Below, piece by piece: positions 59,908 to 64,000 of a DNA stretch of 64,000 nt. The translations under genes and the position numbers were made by a program. Below the pieces are notes generated by a model. That model was given only the letters and a program-made list of their open reading frames with translations, ran no database searches and was not told where the DNA came from. Numbering within the stretch: position 1 is the stretch's first letter; the number at the start of each line of letters is the position of its first letter. The stretch is from Paraspadella gotoi (taxonomy: Eukaryota; Animalia; Chaetognatha), in the NCBI GenBank assembly GCA_051294375.1, contig JBJCIZ010000744.1, positions 1,292,262-1,356,261 on the forward strand. The letters are read 5' to 3'.

Positions 59908-62746
59908 CTAATAATGCGGAGACGATGACGACGATGGATGACGACGATGACGACGACGCGATGACGATGACGACTCTCGCTGAATTGTATATGGGAGAGA
60001 ACGGCTAAATAATAAACAATTCTTAAATCGTTGATTAGATGGTAAATTAGATATAAGAATCGACACACTTAAGTTTAAATGTAATTGCAAATGAATTTTA
60101 AAAAATTATCTAATCTTTAAAGCCAAACAAATTTTACAAGTATTTTTTTTATATATTTGTGTAAATAAAAAAAATGCATTTATTATATCCCACAAAGGAA
60201 TTGCTTAATATTAATTTACAACTTCCTATGCAGGTGTATCAGGTTAGAGACAGTAATAGTTGTTATGAGTTAGTGACAGAACGTTCAATATTAGAACTCC
60301 CTGAGCTTCGGATCAGGCTGTAACACCGTGTTACAGGCGGGGTTAAGCGCCCCTCTTAACTGCAAGGCGACCACCGTGCTAGAACCCGCGGACGTTGGGT
60401 TGGGAGGCGAATGACTTGCTCCAGCACCAATGGCGCTGATGAAAAGTTAGTGGATTTTAGTCCACCATAATATACAAATTTAAGCGTATTTATTGAATAA
60501 TAAAAAAAAAAATTTTATGCTTGTACGATTTTATATCAAATTTAATAAAAAAAGTCGATATGATATTTATAATATAATATAATAAATAATTTTCTAACCT
60601 ACCCGGGATTTTTCTTCCGGTGCCGTCTGCGACCAAGTCCCGTCGGCGGGGAAGTCGTCGGTACCGCAATCGTGCCCGGCTCCGCAGAAGGGAGACCCGA
60701 GCTCGGAATGCGGAGAACCTCGTGCGGAGCGGAGTGCGTGGGTGGAATGGCGAGCGGTTGGGGGGTGATTGACTTGAAGGTTCATTGGAGAGAGGGAGGA
60801 GGGAGACGAAGAGAGAGAAGACAGAGAGAGAGACAGAGAGAGACTAAGAAAAAGTTAAAAAGTTGGCTCGCTTTCCGAGAGTGTCACATTTCTATCGGAT
60901 GTTTTCTTTTTAACGTTAGTTTAATGTGACTCCTTACCGATAACGCATTCTTGTTTTATTATTGTAACGAAAATATTTTACATACACGTTCGATTAAAAG
61001 AAAAAGAAAGAAAGAGAAACAGAGAGGGAGAGAAGAGAGAGAGTTAAAGAAAAGGGGAGGGGGAGGCGGGGGAAAGAGGATAAAAAATCTTTATAATAAG
61101 ATAAGAGAAAATAATCGATAAAGATTAAAGAGGAGGAGATTAATCCAATACAAAGAGACATTTAAAAAACAAAAAGATAATGCGCGCCATTTACTATACT
61201 AATTTTAATTTTTAACTTTAATCTTAACCCTACTGGGAAGATGGTATCTAGCTAAAGGTAGGTACTAACTAGTCTCTCATCAGGGAAAAGAGGTAAGTAG
61301 GTAAGGAATATATAAAATTTTTAACCTTAACCCTAAACATAATTCCTAAACGATAAATAATAAAATCTTAAACATTAATCGTTAAACAAATTCCTAACCT
61401 TTAATCTAAAACCTACTATTTCGCATTTAAAAATGAAAAAGGTGGGTTGGAAAATGAAGCCCGACTTGGTTCCGTAAACGATTTCCCAAGATGATCACTC
61501 GGTATATGGTTTAATATGGTATGATATATATAGTATGAAACAAGCGTCTTATGATATTAGAATTGTTCGTATTTTATTTACTTATTATTTTAACTTATTA
61601 TAAAACTATGCGCACGGATGACCTTATTGAACTCTTAGCTAGAATACAAATATGAAATTATCGTCGTATGCCGTTTGGTGGCGATAGAAAGCTCCAAGCC
61701 GTTAGGAATTTAACGAAGCAGTTTAAACTTTGAAGTTTGTATAAACAACAATTATCAAATAATTATTTTTGTTTTGTTTTTGTCTTTATTTAATTTTTTT
61801 TTTAGATTCTCACTTAACTATTATTTTTTTTGTTAGTATCGTCTCCCAGCGAAAAGACTTTATATTCAATTGTTTAATCGGTAACTATAATATTTTTCTA
61901 TAGACTAAACTGGCAGCAGACGACGACGACGACGACGATGACGACGACACGTGGCGACAAACCGGTTTGACGTCGGTCTTATCGGTCTTGCATCGTCGGT
62001 CTTTCATATCGAAATCTAGAAAAAAAAATTTAAATTTATTGGCGGAGGAAACTCTATATTTAAGTATCTTCTGGCCTGATCTCGACTCTTAAAGATTCAC
62101 TTTCGGTCGTCCGTCGGTCCCTCACATAAAATATTGTCGGTAAGTCATTCAGAAAATGTCAGAACGTCAAATTCATGATAAATTATGCAAAAAAAAAAAA
62201 AAAAAAAAAAAACGATGTGCGGATGTCCGTCCGTCCGTTCCCCCTCCTAGTTATTGAATGTCAATTACTGAGGAATATATGGGCGATTGACTTGGATGGA
62301 TAGATTGAGATGAAATTTTTGTGTTGGTAGGAAAGTGTGTGATTAAGCTTGAAATAAAGTTTCGATGGAATCGTCCGAGTGGAAATGTGTTTAATGAAAA
62401 AAACAAAGAAACCTGTTTCACAATTTAATTATGCCATTTTCCTTTATATAAATGTAAATACAAGCCTGCATTAATTATTCAATTAATAAATTTATAATAA
62501 ATCATCAATCGATCATCTAAACAATCAATTAATCTATACATGTTGCAAGAACTACGGTAATTACTAAAATTTTAAAAAAACCTATTATGATTTTACCCTG
62601 CTTAGCTTAAACGTATGGTGGACTAAAATCCACCAACTGTTCATCAGCGGCCATTGGTGCCGGAGGCAAGTCATTCGCACGTTCTAGCACGGTGGTCGCC
62701 TTGCAGTTAAGAGGACGGGGCGCTTAACCCGCCTGTAACACGGTGT

Positions 62747-62778
<32 letters not shown>

Positions 62779-63722
62779 GGTGGAAGTGATGAAAGATTGA
62801 GTGATTGAACATTATTTTTTTTGCTGCCTATGGCATATAATTAATAATTTTAAAAATCCTTTTAAAAATTTTTTAGCATAACAGTATAGCAATCAATTAT
62901 TTATGTAGTAATATCCTTAAAAATCGTTAAATTTTAAAATAATTTTTTTTTATTTTAAGACTGATTTGGATTTGCTGTAAAAAACTTAAGAAACTTTTTA
63001 TTAAAATATGTTATATGATATCTTTAATGTTTAGATTCACAAAAAATGATTAAAACGTTTTAACATATATAAGTTTCTACTACAGAGAATAAAAAGTTAG
63101 GAATTTTTCACCTTTTTTTTAATTTTAAACATTGAAGATGACAGAATTTTTGATAAAATGTTTTTATATTTTGATTCAACTTTTATGAAGAATCTGAATC
63201 TTTAACAAAAATTTCATAAAAATTATTTTTAAAATTTACTATTTATAAGGATATTACTACAAATATATTATATTTTACTATACTGTTCCTCGAGATAATA
63301 TGAACAAAATATTTTTGTACTAGTAATCATACTGTCTCACATCTAAATATCAATTGTTCGATCATTCAATAAATTTTTTGTTCTTGAGTGATCCACTCTA
63401 AATATATATATATACTGCATATATTAACGGTTCTGGTCACTAACACATAACAATAATTACTGTCTCTTCAAACGGTTCTATCACTAACTCATAAATGTAA
63501 TAATTATTCTGTCTCAGAGTAACAATTGTCGTACAGAATTCCCAAACATTTATAAAACTTGGCTGTTTTCTCTTTTTTATCATTTTTTCATTTTCTCATT
63601 TTCATAGAAATTTATTTTATCAAATTAAAGTCGCCAAACCTGCCCAAAACAAACGAAACATAAGTCAAATATCTATGCATGACAAGAAAATATAAATACC
63701 AATAAAAAAAAAGAATAATAAA

Positions 63723-63762
<40 letters not shown>

Positions 63763-64000
63763 GATAATAATAATAATAATAATAATAATTAATATAATAA
63801 TAATAATAATAATAATCATAAACCCTTGAAAATATAACTCAAACGTTTTTCCCCTTCTCTCCAAAATCCCGCTGCTCGACCAAAAGTTATGGCTACGATC
63901 GCTTCCCACCGCCGCAACATCTTGGCGTACTTGGCCGCCCATTTGCCCTCGTCCGCGCCCAGCGACTGGCGACGCCCTCGCGGGGGTCTCCAATTTGATC
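59908..64000 (-). CDS. 3' exons of an unidentified gene with a Ser/Arg-rich low-complexity C-terminus; extends beyond the right edge
   Basis: Phase-consistent GT-AG exons 62015-61911, 60772-60603 and 59979-59908 (…FDMKDRRCKTDKTDVKPVCRHVS10AAINHPPTARH…EEKSRRESSSSSRRRHRRHPSSSSSPHY*). Likely upstream exon near 63840-64000 (…GADEGKWAAKYAKMLRRWEAIV…), donor uncertain. Confidence 0.55.
60321..60469 (+). mobile_element. Structured short repeat family D, copy 1
   Basis: TAACACCGTGTTACAGGCGGGGTTAAGCGCCCCTCTTAACTGCAAGGCGACCACCGTGCTAGAAC…GCGAATGACTTGC…GCACCAATGGCGCTGATGAA..GTGGATTTTAGTCCACCATA is the reverse complement of 62614-62748. Confidence 0.85.
62614..62748 (-). mobile_element. Structured short repeat family D, copy 2 (inverted), abutting a (TA)n run
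   Basis: Inverted match to 60321-60469; followed directly by (TA)n at 62747-62776. Confidence 0.85.
63715..63820. repeat. (AAT)n microsatellite
   Basis: About 30 near-perfect units. Confidence 0.95.

Noticed and set aside
60436-60469. CTGATGA followed by a hairpin as a second hammerhead
   Set aside because: No GAAA after the stem in either copy, and no helix I/III partner.
63840-64000. TBC/RabGAP assignment from KWAAKYAKMLRRWE
   Set aside because: Resemblance limited to a few residues in an exon cut by the window edge.

Overview
Draft genome of an invertebrate animal: AT-rich introns, GC-rich exons, GT-AG introns and four N-gaps. I assembled the gene models by hand from splice sites and phases. 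They are GPR155/LYCHOS first coding exon (-, missed by the ORF track), a 7-exon monofunctional PHM (+), an intronless F-box gene (-), 8-exon RRM2 (-), 2-exon Kizuna/KIZ (-), an EF-hand/DUF924 locus (+), a TRPM-family channel gene (+), an unidentified exon chain at 56-58 kb (+) and the 3' end of an unidentified gene (-). The TRPM middle (~36.8-54.3 kb) is an indel-ridden inverted/repeated block around two 25-N gaps and is most likely a long-read gap-filling artefact. Repeats include a tRNA-derived SINE, an L2/CR1-tail-like repeat, Penelope-type pLTR remnants, a 4.2-kb branched foldback element, HINE-like fragments and several minisatellites. The most interesting leads are a minimal hammerhead ribozyme in the sense strand of RRM2 intron 4, an operon-like RRM2 to F-box junction with splice acceptors ahead of the start codons, an intron-containing DUF924 gene next to EF-hand exons, possible amidation sites in the PHM tail, and an inverted structured repeat pair bracketing two exons. 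Homology calls come from recalled family motifs, not from database searches.
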